From Pocillopora damicornis (taxonomy: Eukaryota), in NCBI RefSeq assembly GCF_003704095.1, contig NW_020844944.1, positions 682,001 to 746,000 of the forward strand: a stretch of 64,000 bases of DNA, read 5' to 3'. This document shows positions 12,175-24,746 of this stretch, piece by piece; position 1 is the stretch's first letter; the number at the start of each line of letters is the position of its first letter. The notes under the pieces were generated by a model. It saw only the letters and a list, made by a program, of their open reading frames with translations, was not told the origin of the DNA and did not search any database. Both the position numbers and the translations under genes were made by a program.

Positions 12175-12793
12175 TTAGGGGGGTTGATTTAATGAAACAA
12201 ATGTCCTTCCACTGTTAGGTCTTGGCCCTCTTAACACTGTTCACTAATTAAAAACAAATGTTCAGATAAAAGGTTCAGCTGAATAATGCATTGTTTAGGA
12301 CACAGTTTTGTTAAACTAAGACAGTCACTCAGCTTTGTTTAAATAATCACACCACTCAATCAATACCTGATAGTCTCCTCATTTCTAGCCCCCAAAGATC
12401 ACATTTGAGCTCACCAATTACACAAAGAAAAAAACAATTATTCCCTAGTTATGCTGTGGTACAGATTAAAAACAGCATCAAATAACTTTTGTCCCTTTCC
12501 CTGTGATCAAGTAGTAACTCATTAATTTTGCACATTTCTTGAATGTTAGTCATAAATCACCCTGTTACAATAGCTTGAAGGTTGCAAAATACTGACAGCA
12601 AACCACACCAGCCAGTTTCTGCAACCTAATTCCCTCTGTGCATATTGAAACTACATCTAGAACAAGTCGCAGTGACAAATTACCTGATGTGCCAGGCCTT
12701 CAGTTGCAGTGACTACTGGGTATAGCATGTGACAAAGACTTGATGTAAAATGTGCCTTGTCTTAAAAGAGTTGCAGAGAGAAAGTTTCTATGT

Positions 12794-15425
12794 TTATAGT
12801 GATAGCAGAGCTGTATGGCACATGGGGCATTTGTCTTGGACATTTAACCATTTTCGAAGGCATAAACTGTGAAAATAATGTCTACAAGGAGTTACTTTTG
12901 CAGCTTTCAACTCCTCCAAACAGATTGAACAAACATCTTCAAGTTCATCAATTTCTTTCTCTGTTGCTGATGGCAATGAGTTCAGTTTTTGATTCACCTG
13001 ATGACGCTGTTTTAAACTTAGCCAACCTTCCTTAGCAGGAGTCCAGATATTAAAGTAGAGATGCAGCACTGCCATAACAATTTGAAACAGTGTCCACTCT
13101 AAACTGAAGTCACAAACTCTGTAGAAAAGAACGGCTGAGATGACCACAAATTCAAAAACTTTACAGGAGCCATTGATGAAGTACACATAGTCATCCAGTT
13201 CTTCCCATATTTGAGTTTGACGTGACTCGTACACATACAAGAAGTACAATACAAGTGCAGCAATTATCTGAGCAATGGTAATGACATTTGGAGTAATGAA
13301 AGGAATTTTCTCTTTTAAAAAGTACAAATTTACCGCCAGATAAATAGACGCTCCCAGGAGTGAAATGCAAAATGACAAAACACGTAAATGTTTGCGGTAG
13401 ATGATGCTTGGTTGTGATGCAAGCCCCAAGAGAACAGGTTCAGTTATTTCAAACATTGATCTTGCTAAAGCTGAAATGATTAGATAAAAAATCAATTCCA
13501 AAAGCACAAGCTTTCTACTTATCTTTGAACTTGAAAGTCCAGTGTAAAGACCAAGAAAGAAAAATCCGAAACCTTCTCTAAGACCATCAGGAGAGCTGTA
13601 AGGGTCACCAGGGGGGGCAATGTTATCCTCATGATGGTATCGTTTGATGATATTCAGTATATATCCAGATAGCTTGTAAATTATGAAACAACATGATGTC
13701 ATTGAGAGAACTGAGTTGCAAGTTAAGGCCATTGTTAAATTAAACAGCTGCAAAACTGTTACTGATTCACTGGAGAACAGCAAAAAACTCAAACTGTTGT
13801 ATAAAAATAATATCCCCCATAGAGTCATCATACAGAACGGAACTTTCACTCTGCGCCAGTGAAACACAACAGTGACAGTCAACCCATACATTCTGTACAT
13901 CCACTGGATAATTTGTGCTGATGTAATAAAATGCGTGACAATATCATGAATGCACTGATAGGTGCCTGTTATAGCCAAATAAAACGCAAAACCAAAGCAA
14001 ATGCAGAGCCATAAGGGTGGATCATCTTTCTGATTTGAAGCTGACATATGCCGTAACATAACAGGGAACGCTGCCATTGAAAACATAACTGGTTTCAAAG
14101 AGTTATACACCCGTGAGTACATTCCAAGTGATATTAAATAGACCATCCAAGCTCCAGTTATCATTAATAGCAGAAATATTGCACCATCTTCCGTAATCAA
14201 CTTTGAGAGACCTTGTTCCTCTAAGGCATTGTACAGATTTAAGCTGTTGTATGCATTCAAGTACAGCATAAATGTCACCACAGTAATGAAAAGAGAGTGG
14301 CTGTAGAAATTAATGAGTTCATCTCGGCCAAGAAGGGATAGTACCAAACATAAAATGATTCCTAAAACAAAAAATGCAATAGAACCAGGTCATTAATATA
14401 AGTTATGGTTAAAGACAGACCTCCTGATACAGAATGTTGTGTACTCTTGTTAACCCCCTCCCAAGATCTCATGAATAATTCTCCTTACTGTCTAGCATAC
14501 AATTCTTATCGTGTAAGTGCTGAGAATTTGGTATGGGATCAACTACTAATCCCCATGTTGATGTTTTTGTTTATTCTCATCACTTGCCTGTTTGATATCG
14601 TATTGATATTGTAAGGAGAAATTCTATCTTGGTCATTCATGGGAGTTAAAGGGTTAATTTTTTCAATAGTTTGTTTCCATATAAATACCATTAAGAAATA
14701 ATAATAGTTATAATTATAATAATTAAAACAGTCATCACAACAGTAAGTATTAAATATATAGGACAAAATGATTATGCATTCCCTTTCAGATATGTTAAGA
14801 CATTGAAAAATAACGAAAACTAGGGCGAAAACATCATAACCCAGAGAGAGTGAAAAGAGCATAATTATTTACTTGTATTGCTTCTCTGGTCCACCGAATG
14901 GCATTTAGAATCAGTGCGATGAGCTTAGATTTACTACATTATTTTAATTTCGCAATAAAGGAAAAAATGTAATTAAAAAAAGGTCTTTGGCCAAAGGTTC
15001 ATTCTCAGAACAGCAGGAACTTCCGAAACTGCTTGCTCATGTAAACACACAGTCAAAGAGACAGGGCTGATTGATATACCAACTCCTGTTAATGGGTTCA
15101 AGCTTATAATAAAATTCTAAAACATGGATAACGGACTGAAAGTCTAGGACGCCTGATCAGCGTATCTTTAAGCTCAAAATAACTAAATTCGACAAAAAAC
15201 GTAACAAAAAACGTAACAGAAAAACTGGATATATAATCACCTATACCATGGCTTTAAAGCCTTTAAAAAACACGTTAATGTGATCAAAATGAGATCAAAC
15301 TCACCCGATAGCTGCATTAATCTTGCATAAGGCGTCCAGTCACTGTAATGTGTGATATCCACGCAAAGGAACCACTCTAAAAGGACCAGAAACGGCACAC
15401 GAAATATAACTTCGCCCAACGCCAT
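12794..15425 (-). CDS. RNF139: TRC8/RNF139(RNF145)-family multi-pass ER membrane RING-H2 E3 ubiquitin ligase
   Basis: Exon 1 is 15425-15305 (MALGEVIFRVPFLVLLE..., phase 1) and exon 2 is 14361-12794, giving 562 aa. Many TM helices and HLYFNIW are present, with a C-terminal RING-H2 CSIC...TPCRHYFHSLCLRKWLNVQDKCPMCH. RNF139 versus RNF145 orthology is not certain. Confidence 0.85.
14454..14653. mobile_element. ~200 bp MITE with TTAA TSD in the RNF139-like intron
   Basis: TTAA|CCCCCTCCCAAG ... TGGGAGTTAAAGGG|TTAA; internal sequence matches the copy at 26588-26782. Confidence 0.85.
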
Positions 15426-15646
15426 ACTTTTCCCGGAAACACTCTCTGTCTGGCAGCAAAAGTACAAAGAATCTCATTGGGTAAAAAATATCTAACCAAT
15501 GAGTGATATTCACATTTCAAACTATTTTAAGATATTAAAAATGCAATGATTGGTAGAAGGGTTAACCAATTAAAACAAAGGAAAGAAATAGCGTTGGCAG
15601 ATAACCCCCGGCATGCTTCATCTTGCTGCTTTACACATGTTGAGTT
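15426..15646. promoter_or_regulatory. Bidirectional promoter between RNF139-like and PUF60 with four CCAAT boxes
   Basis: Only 221 bp separate the divergent ATGs. ATTGG at ~15476, CCAAT at ~15496, ATTGG at ~15549 and CCAAT at ~15566. Confidence 0.7.
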
Positions 15647-18600
15647 ATGGCGGCTGCCGTGGCTGAGGTGCCGACGCAAGAAAGCGTGAACGGAAAGGTA
15701 CAATAAGTGGACTTATATAGTTTAGGTTATCTTCTGTTTGATCCTTGATTTCTTTCTTGCAGCTTTCTTTTGTGTTTTAGGGTTCGTTTCCGCCTGAAAC
15801 GTACAAAAAGTGGCACTCTGAACATGCATTTGTTAACTCCGTTGAAACAAGAATAAATTTAATCCTCGTGTTGTTTAAAATCGTGAGCGAAATTATTGAT
15901 GGTTTAGTATGGATATTTTTTTATCGCTATGTGTAGCATATGTCTCTTTGTTTATTTCAATGTTTATTTTGAAAGCTAAGCTCATTTCGTAAAAAATATG
16001 TATTCGACGATAAACTGTATAGATAAACTTTCAAGACTGCGGCAGCTTTAATTTCCTTGCTTGATCCCATGGATGCGTTCATCAACTAATCAGTTGACCT
16101 TCAGCGAAATAACCGTTCAAAATTATACTAATGGCTTTCGTTATTTTAGTTTACCTCGTACACTGCTGTTTGGGCAGTAATGTAAAATGCTTACTTTCGA
16201 TTGCAAGATATTTAGCTCAAGCAGGAACTTCATGAGTGTGTTTGTCCGACGATGTGTAGTCTAAGAGTCTAGTTGTCCACAGGGCAGCTAATGGTAATTA
16301 CTTATACCTGATCACTTTGAGTATTCTTGGTAGCTGTTTGCTGGGTGATGTGTGCAGTCATAGGGAGAAGTTTCATGTTGATCACACCTGGGAGTTAGAG
16401 GGTTCTTCAAAACCATAGCAAAATTTTAAAACATGGTTGGTTATCTTCAGCCCCATTTGCACTTTAATAGGACATGTTATGCTTGTAATTGGACAGGGTA
16501 ATAGGACAGTTGACANNNNNNNNNNNNNNNNNNNNNNNNNNNNNNNNNNNNNNNNNNNNNNNNNNNNNNNNNNNNNNNNNNNNNNNNNNNNNNNNNNNNN
16601 NNNNNNNNNNNNNNNTATTTGTTTTTTTAAGGAAAATGTATAGTGGTTGTCTAGATTCTCTCTCAAATTTTTTCATAGTTTTTATTAATTGGTGACAGGA
16701 CTTCGCATTGTCCAATTTGGTTGGTAATCATACTCACGATTAACATATCGGACTCCCGCTTGGCAGTTGTTTGAGTTTGTTGTTCACTGGTATGATAACA
16801 GACTGAATTAAACTCCACTCAGTCCTGTTACCATTATTAACAAAACATACTGCCCTATCCACCAGATAAAGATTTTTTCCAATGGATAGCATTGTCCATC
16901 CTCTGAACAACTGGGACCAATAACTAAACATTTTGGCTCTTTGTACACATTGTAGGTTGATCAGTTGGCTGCTCAAGCACCTGAAGAGAAGACAAATGGC
17001 GAAGGTGATGGTAGCCAACGGAGAAGACGGAAAAGAGGCTTTGATGTTGGGCCAGGGGGAGGTTTGTTGGTTTTTGAAATAGATCTTCAATAATGCTCAT
17101 GAAAGAGTGCAAAGCTTTGGCTCCTACATGTACTTGAACACTCTGTGATATTATATATCATCTCTTTATTTTTATTTCGGAAGCTTTGAGCAGAACATGC
17201 ACATGCAGTTGAAGAACAAAAAAAAACAGACCAACCCAACTTTCTTGGGTTCATCTAGTGTAGCTGATTCAAGACATTCAAAATCCCTCTCTTTAAACTA
17301 CACATAGTGTATTTGGGCCTCAAAGTTTTCAAACAGCAAGAGAAACCTAAATTTTCTTGTTTTTATGTTTTCAAGACTTTCAGCTGTTGCCTCTTCAGCA
17401 ACAGCTGTAAGCACAAACGGAATCCTTTGATCAAAACAATAGCATATTGCACACATCTGACAATTTAATAGCCTCTGTTTATTATGCTACCACTACAAGA
17501 AAACTTGAATATAAATGAAAAGCTTCCTGAACCAGTAGTAATGTCCTAAAATCCTGTTTGAGTTAAAAACATCAGTACAAGCTGGAGCAAGAGTACTCTT
17601 CATACCACATGTAGTAACTTGCTGTAAATCTTCATTCCTTTTCTTTTTTTTTTTTTTTTTTTTACGGTGGTTGTATTAATACAGTGTAGATGGATGATAA
17701 CATTTCTTTTTGCTTTCTCTCTTTTTTTCTCTTTCTCTGTTTTTTGTCTTTTGCATCCAAATCAAGTTAGCCAGTGCCGGTTTGGCTTGAAGCCAGGATA
17801 ATCATCATGACACTGACTCGATCTTTGGTGGTAAAACAAGTGTATAATGGTTTAGAAATATTTATACCTGTAATGAAGAGTTATTCTATCAGTACTCTGT
17901 CACTTTTGCCAAAGAGACTGACTGACGTTATCAAATGCAAATCTGTTGGAAAGGGATAATTTTATCCTATAGAATACGTGGAAACTTTTTTTTTTTGATC
18001 ATTTGTTTTCACACATTGACCGACATGCTAACAAATGCTGAAAAGATTTAGACCTAAAACTTTCTCTTTTGGCCAAAATCGCATCAATATTCGACAAATT
18101 TGATTCTTAACTCATCATGCCAGAAATTTTACTTTTAAAAGGTGTGCTTGTTGATGGAACTCCGATTAAACCTGAAGGTGGTTATAGGTTTATCATTGAT
18201 ATCTTCATGATTGCTATATAATTATCCCATAGAATCACCTGTGGCTGGTGCAGCAAATGGAGATGTAGAAGATCAACCTATTGATGATGGATCAAATGGA
18301 GAACTTGTTATTGGGCCAGGAGCAGGTGGTATGCAGCCACGCCCCTCAGAAGTAAAAAGGGCACTGCCTCCTCTGACCTATCAACAGGAAGAGATGCTCA
18401 AGAAGGCAAAGAGATTTGCAATGGAACAGTCTGTCCAACAGGTCAGATTTTCAAACATGAAATCTTTTAGTGTGGTGGTGTTGGTTGAACTGCATGGAAA
18501 ATTTAGGCTAAGAGTTTTCTGTTCCATAGTTATTGCCTTTTTTTCATCATCCATTGTTGTGGTCAATGCTACTCTAACTTAAGAACTGTCAGGCAGACAA

Positions 18601-21600
18601 ATTGCTTTGCGGTCATGATAATTTATTTATAGTAATGAGGTAGATAAACGTTCTTTCCCTCCATCCCTTCCGGCCACTGAATATTAAAATTTTTATCAGG
18701 GTTCCAAACACAATTTGAAGTTTTGAAAGAGTAGTGAAATTTGTGAGCTAGTATTGTCAGCTTGGAAAACAGTATACTTAACTGCCAGCCTTGATCTGTG
18801 AAACAAAAACTGAATGTATGCAAATTGCCATAGCCTGAGCCTTAGCAGCTGCCTTTTTCTCATGCTACAGTAGGTGTTTTCACTCATCACAGTTGTGTCT
18901 GGAAAGTGTTAAGATTAACTTGGAATCTTTTCCATAGATATGTATAAAAACCCTTTATATGATAGCCTGTATCTGTGATCTTACCCTTTTTTCTCTCAGG
19001 TGTTAGCAAAACAGCAAGCTCTCCAACAGCAACAGATGTCTGCCCTACAGACAGCTGCTCAAAGACAGAGAGCATTAGCTCTAATGTGCAGGTAGACTGA
19101 GAAGTCAACAGTGTAATTACAGCCCTAGCAGTGTCTTTCATGTTCTTCACTGATGAATGCCAAATGGTCTATGGTCTTTCTCCGAATGTGCATGATTGTA
19201 GTTTGCGTTGTTGAACTGCCTCATCTTGTAACAGAACTTTGGCAAATTTTTTTCTAACACTCCCTAATATTTTTATTGCATGAACGTTGAGAATTAAAAT
19301 AATATCTTTGATATTCTTTTGTTTTCAGAGTGTATGTTGGGAGCATCAATTTTGAACTCCGTGAAGAACATGTCCGACAAGCTTTTATCCCTTTTGGTCC
19401 AATTAAAAAGATAGATTTGTCATGGGATCCTCTGACCATGAAACATAAGGTATGTTCAATTAACAAGCTGGGACTGCTCTATAGTAAATTATCCTTTTAC
19501 TATACTGTTCTTCTGGTACATGCTGTACTTGTAAATGAAAACCCTGTGTTCTTCAAGTTACATGGATATATATTCTATTTAGGGATTTGCATTTGTGGAG
19601 TATGACTTACCAGAGGCAGCCCAGCTTGCTTTGGAACAGATGAATGGTGTTCTGCTTGGAGGGAGAAACATAAAGGTCAGTATTTACACCTTATGCCCTT
19701 TTGCAGACAGTGATTTTCCATACTTCTGTGGGTCTTTTTGATTGAAAATAGTTTGTTGCTCAATAATTTCCGAGGTAGAAAAGTAGAGGTTTGCGTCAAG
19801 AGTCATTTGCATTGCAAGTAATGTTAACGTTTTTTGTCTCTTCATCAGGTGGGTCGTCCAAGCAATGTACCACAAGCAGCACCACTGATTGAGCAGTTTG
19901 AGCAGGAAGCTAAGAAGTATGCTAGAATCTATGTGGCCTCTGTTCATGCAGATTTGGCTGAGGATGACATAAAGAGGTGATTGCATTCAAAGTATTAGAT
20001 TGTGGCATACTCTTTACTGTAGTTCAATTTTGAAGGTGACACAAGCTTGTTTGATTTTTCTGTTAAATTGACCTTCTCATACAGTTCAGTTTTTTTTAAA
20101 TATTTTCCATGAGTGATTGTAGCCATTTTTTTGGAAAAGTAGTTTTGCTTGTGTAGGTGTTGGCTTGTTTTCTGTTTTTCTTGGGCATAAATTTATTGTT
20201 TGCCTGTTTCTTTGCATATTAGTGTATTTGAAGCATTTGGTAAAGTGCGCAGCTGTGCTCTTGCTCCAGACACCATGCCAGGAAAGCACAAGGGCTACGG
20301 CTTCTTAGAATATGAAAACCAACAGTCAGCCACAGATGCCATAGCCTCCATGAACTTGTTTGATCTTGGAGGACAGTACTTGAGAGTAGGTCGAGCCATC
20401 ACACCTCCAGCATCGGCACAGACTAGTAACGGTACATTGCCACCTGCAGCTGCATTAGCTGCTGCTGCGGTGTCAGCAAAGATACAAGCACAGGAGCAGG
20501 GGCTGACAAGCACATGTAAGGATGAATAAGTTTGTGCAAGTTAGATTTAAACTTGGCTTCTGCAAGTGGTAACATTTTTGAGACCAGATGTAAACCAAAG
20601 AGAGTTTTATGAATTCATGGATGAAACCAGATTTAGGGCAGCAGGATTTTCAGGTGTTGATAATCCAGCAAAATTTTCTCCTATTACAGTCATGAAACAA
20701 AATTGAAAATAAACAACACTTGAGTTTGGTGGACAAACTATATGACAAAGTCAAATTCCTAACAAGCATGTGGGACCCTTTTGGAATTTTTATAAAAGAC
20801 ACCCAAAGTCTAAGATAAGGTTTCTATGTTACCGATATAATGGGAAAGGTTTACTGGACAGTCATCTGTAAAGAGGTGTAAAATACTTTGTTATGTAAGA
20901 GACTAGCACAAAAATTCCAAACAAGATTGCTTGAAAATATCAGGAATTGGGAAAAAACTGTGTAACTGTAAAATTTTCAGATCTAAAATGTTCAGTTCCA
21001 AGATCCAAAATCCACATATATGAACAAACAAACAAACAAAAAATTAGGCTCATTTTTTTATTTATTTCATATATTTTGTTCTTTGTTCCTAGTCCCAGCC
21101 ATTACAATTGCTGGGAGTACAGTGATCACTTCCATAGTGGGTACAGCAGGCCTGGTTGCTCTGCCAACCATGGCAGCTGGAACCCTTGCCCCTGGAACTC
21201 TTGCACCAGGAGTGATGTCAACAAGTATTGCAGCACAGCCAATTATGACAGCATCTACAGCGCTGCTAGCAGGTAATGTCTTTCCCTTTCCCTCACCCCT
21301 TCCCCCATTTACATAATCCATTCCTTTTAAGCTACATGTACCGTTTTGCCAATATAGAAAAAAAGTGCTCTAGTAGAAAAAGTAACCCACTCTGCATGTT
21401 ACTGTAGTTGCATTTTTAAGATATCGTGATTTAAGATGCTAGAATTGAGTGACCAATGCATGCATGTGTGCTATTCCTAGTCAAGTTAGTCACTCATTTG
21501 ATTTGATTATAAATCAGTAGTTTACTGTTTTATTCTTAGGTCCCCCAACAGCAGTTGTGACACCAGTGCCTGCAACACCTGTGGTAACCACCACAGGCCT

Positions 21601-22875
21601 ACCAGTCCAGTCAGCAGCTGTTCAACAGCTACAAATTCAACAGCAACAACTTCTTGAACAGCAACAACAACTTGTACAGCAACAGCAGTTGCAACAACAG
21701 CAGCTGCAGCAGCAATCAGCCCAGGTTATTGCAGCACAACAGGCTGAGGTGCGTGCCAAGATTGAAGAGGAGACGCAGAGAAAAGTGGCAGAGAGTAGCA
21801 TAAGTCACGAGGAGAACATGTCAATATCTGGTAGTAATGCCAGGTATATGGTCATGCAGAAACTGTCTCGCAAAAGTGAGGTGAGTGCTATATGAGGAAA
21901 TGATCCTAGATGTGAGTGCAAAACAGCTTTCTATGCAGATTTTCTTGGGAACAAATATTTAAATAATGTTGCCTATTATAGGCATTCAGTCAGTGGCAAC
22001 AAGCAAAATGCTGGCATGTGGCAGAAGGTGATTGCAATTGTCAGGTCACCAGTTTGTACAGACTCTAATTCTTATTTTTTCCTTTGCCTTAACCTTCCAT
22101 TGATTTTATGCACCTCTCTTTTTGCCCATTTCCTTTCACTGAGAGCCTGGCACAGGCTGATTGCTTGTGCAAGTTATGTGAAGTAAGCAAATAAATTTGT
22201 TTTTTTTTTTTTTAAATGAGCCATCTCCTTATTTCAGTCTAAAGTTCTGGTGCTGCGAAACATGGTAGGAGTGGAAGATTTGGATGAAGAACTGGAGCAC
22301 GAGGTGACAGACGAGTGCAGCAAGTTTGGAGTGGTCAGTAGGGTGGTGATTTATAATGAGAGACAAGGAGAGGAGGAGGATGCTGAAGTCATAGTTAAGA
22401 TATTTGTGGAGTTCACTCAACCTTCAGGTGATTAGAAATACTGTTATCTTTAATTATTACTTGTACTGCCTTTGTGGTGATATGGATTAAAGGTGTTGCA
22501 AATAGTGTGATTATCATTGTATTAACAGTTTCTACAATCATACATATGCTTAATGGCAAACCAACAATAGTTTTCACCGTCCCAAATAACATCTTGAGTG
22601 CCTGTTTTCTCTCCGATTGTTCAAATCATTACATCTAGTGCAAAGTAAAATGTTGGCCATTCAGAACTGTACCAGTCTTTGGTATGCATGTTTGCAAAGC
22701 TGTAACCATGCTTTTAATCAAAATTCAAGTGAAAGCTGAATCAATACTTACCTTTTTCTTCATAGAAACCGAAAAAGCTGCTAATGCTCTTAATGGAAGA
22801 TGGTTTGGGGGCAGGGTTATCAAAGCTGAAGGATATGATGAACTGAAATTTGGTGCTGGAGACTTATCAGGATAG
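15647..22875 (+). CDS. PUF60: Poly(U)-binding splicing factor PUF60 (2 RRM + C-terminal UHM)
   Basis: Exons 15647-15697, 16956-17061, 18233-18441, 19000-19091, 19329-19449, 19583-19675, 19849-19976, 20223-20515, 21093-21272, 21540-21880, 22238-22427, 22766-22875, all GT-AG and in frame. Motifs [66 protein letters not shown] and [10 protein letters not shown]. Confidence 0.96.
16516..16615. other. Assembly gap (100 N)
   Basis: Run of N. Confidence 0.99.
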
Positions 22876-23330
22876 ACATTGCCTTTGTTCCCTGTGTATT
22901 ATTTTACACTCACAGAAGAAAGAGATACACTCTAGTTAGCTTTTTCCTGACTCAGTTCACTTAACCATGGAACTGCTACCTACTTAGAGTATTTTGACTG
23001 AGTTTTTGGTAGTAGTAGCACTAGCTATACTGGTGAACCAAAGAGAAACATGACAGAATTCTGGCCAGCACTGACCAGCATTTTCCCTCTCACATGGCAT
23101 GCAATGTTTCTTCTGACAGGAGCCCATCAGCAGCAGCCTCTATCTGCACTGATTCCTTGAGTCAACCCTTTCCTGAGTAGATTTATTTTTAGAACAACTT
23201 TTTGCTGTAGAAAGTATCACCCTTTGGTCGAGTCAACCACGAACCACAAAAACTGGTTTTCCTCCCAAATACATGTTTGGTGGGAGTTTGATGTAAAACA
23301 TTAGGATGGTAAAAGCTCTGTTTTGATTAA

Positions 23331-23526
23331 CCCTTTACACCCTATCATCAGTATGCATATTCTCTAAACTGTTCTCTATATATTTCCTGAGATGCTGACA
23401 GGGAGAATTTTTTAAGCAATCAAGAACTTCTTTAGTTGGTGATCATTTCCTCTATTCTCATAACCTAGATGTGTGATTTGGGGATGATATTGTAAGGAAA
23501 AATTAGGTGCTAATTACTCTTAAGGG
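23331..23526. mobile_element. ~200 bp MITE (second subfamily) with TTAA TSD downstream of the PUF60 stop
   Basis: TTAA|CCCTTTACACCCT ... CTCTTAAGGG|TTAA. Related partial copies at ~1088-1150, 5328-5437, 27290-27458, 27965-28165, 29970-30190, 41875-42080, 43305-43490 and 43905-44105. Confidence 0.8.
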
Positions 23527-24746
23527 TTAATGGATTAAGACTTCCTTGGGGAGGTAGAGGCTCCTTTCCATGGCCTCCTGCCTTGGTGCTAATTACTCTT
23601 AAGGGTTAATGGATTAAGACTTCCTTGGGGAGATCGAGGCTCCTTTCCATGGCCTCCTGCCCCTGTACATAATCTCTGTTACTTTTAATGCTTTAATGGG
23701 TCACCTGTGGTATTTTGATAGCACCTCAAACATTTGCCTCTGAAGAGGATTGAAACTGAACAAAAGGTTCCCCTTTCTATTTTCTAAAACTAAAAGTTCC
23801 ACAGTGTCTTCAAAGTTGCTTTGTCAGTAAGGAATTAAGACTCTAGGTTTGAGAGATCAGGAGAAGTGTCACACTGTTGTAAGGCGGTAAGTTGCTAAAG
23901 AAACTCTGGTGCTGCATGGGGGTACTACAAGATAATTGGGTTTTATCAACTGAGTAGGTAAATGTAAATTAGCCTCTGTAGAGAGTTCCTAAGGCAGATG
24001 TGTTGAGTGTTAGCCCTTCATCATTTGCCTTGACAAAGGGTGAAAAATGTCAGCCTTAGAGAAGGTGTGCTAATTTACATCATCAACTTACTTGATAAAA
24101 CCAAATTATGTTGCAACTATTAAAAGCTCAAGCTCCACTCAGACAGTCTTAATGTTGTTGTTTTCCTAAATAAAAGCTTGGAAGTAGAATCATTTTGTAA
24201 TGGCTAGGTGCTTGCAAATTCAAACCGGTTGATTTGTGGTTAACAAAAAAATTAAAGGCAAAAGGTTTGCCCCCCTTGAGGGCAAAAACTTTTAAAAAGT
24301 GTAGTTATTTTTAACCAAACCTTGAGCAGTTCATAGGCAACTTGTAAATACTTATGAAAAATACGTTTACCTGTACAATGTTAATAAAACAACAATAATA
24401 AAAAAACAAACAAAGGTATAAACTGTATCTTTACATTCATTAGATTTTGATCATTTACATGATAACTTTGTGCAACACAGAAAATCATTAATTGTGATCT
24501 GCAACATGTTTTTATTGGAGATAAGTTACATTTTCGTCTGCCAGTCTAAAACAACAATAGCTTTGTTTCAATGTCAAGAAAAAGCATTTAAATTTTTCCA
24601 CAGATTTTTGTCATTGCACTGTTGTAACTTATCAATTTCTTGATATTGAGCATCTAACAGGTCAACTTTGAAAAATAATGTCACTGACAGTCTTTCATCT
24701 TAAAACTATGATGGTACTTCTGGATTTTTTCTCAATTTTTCTGAAA

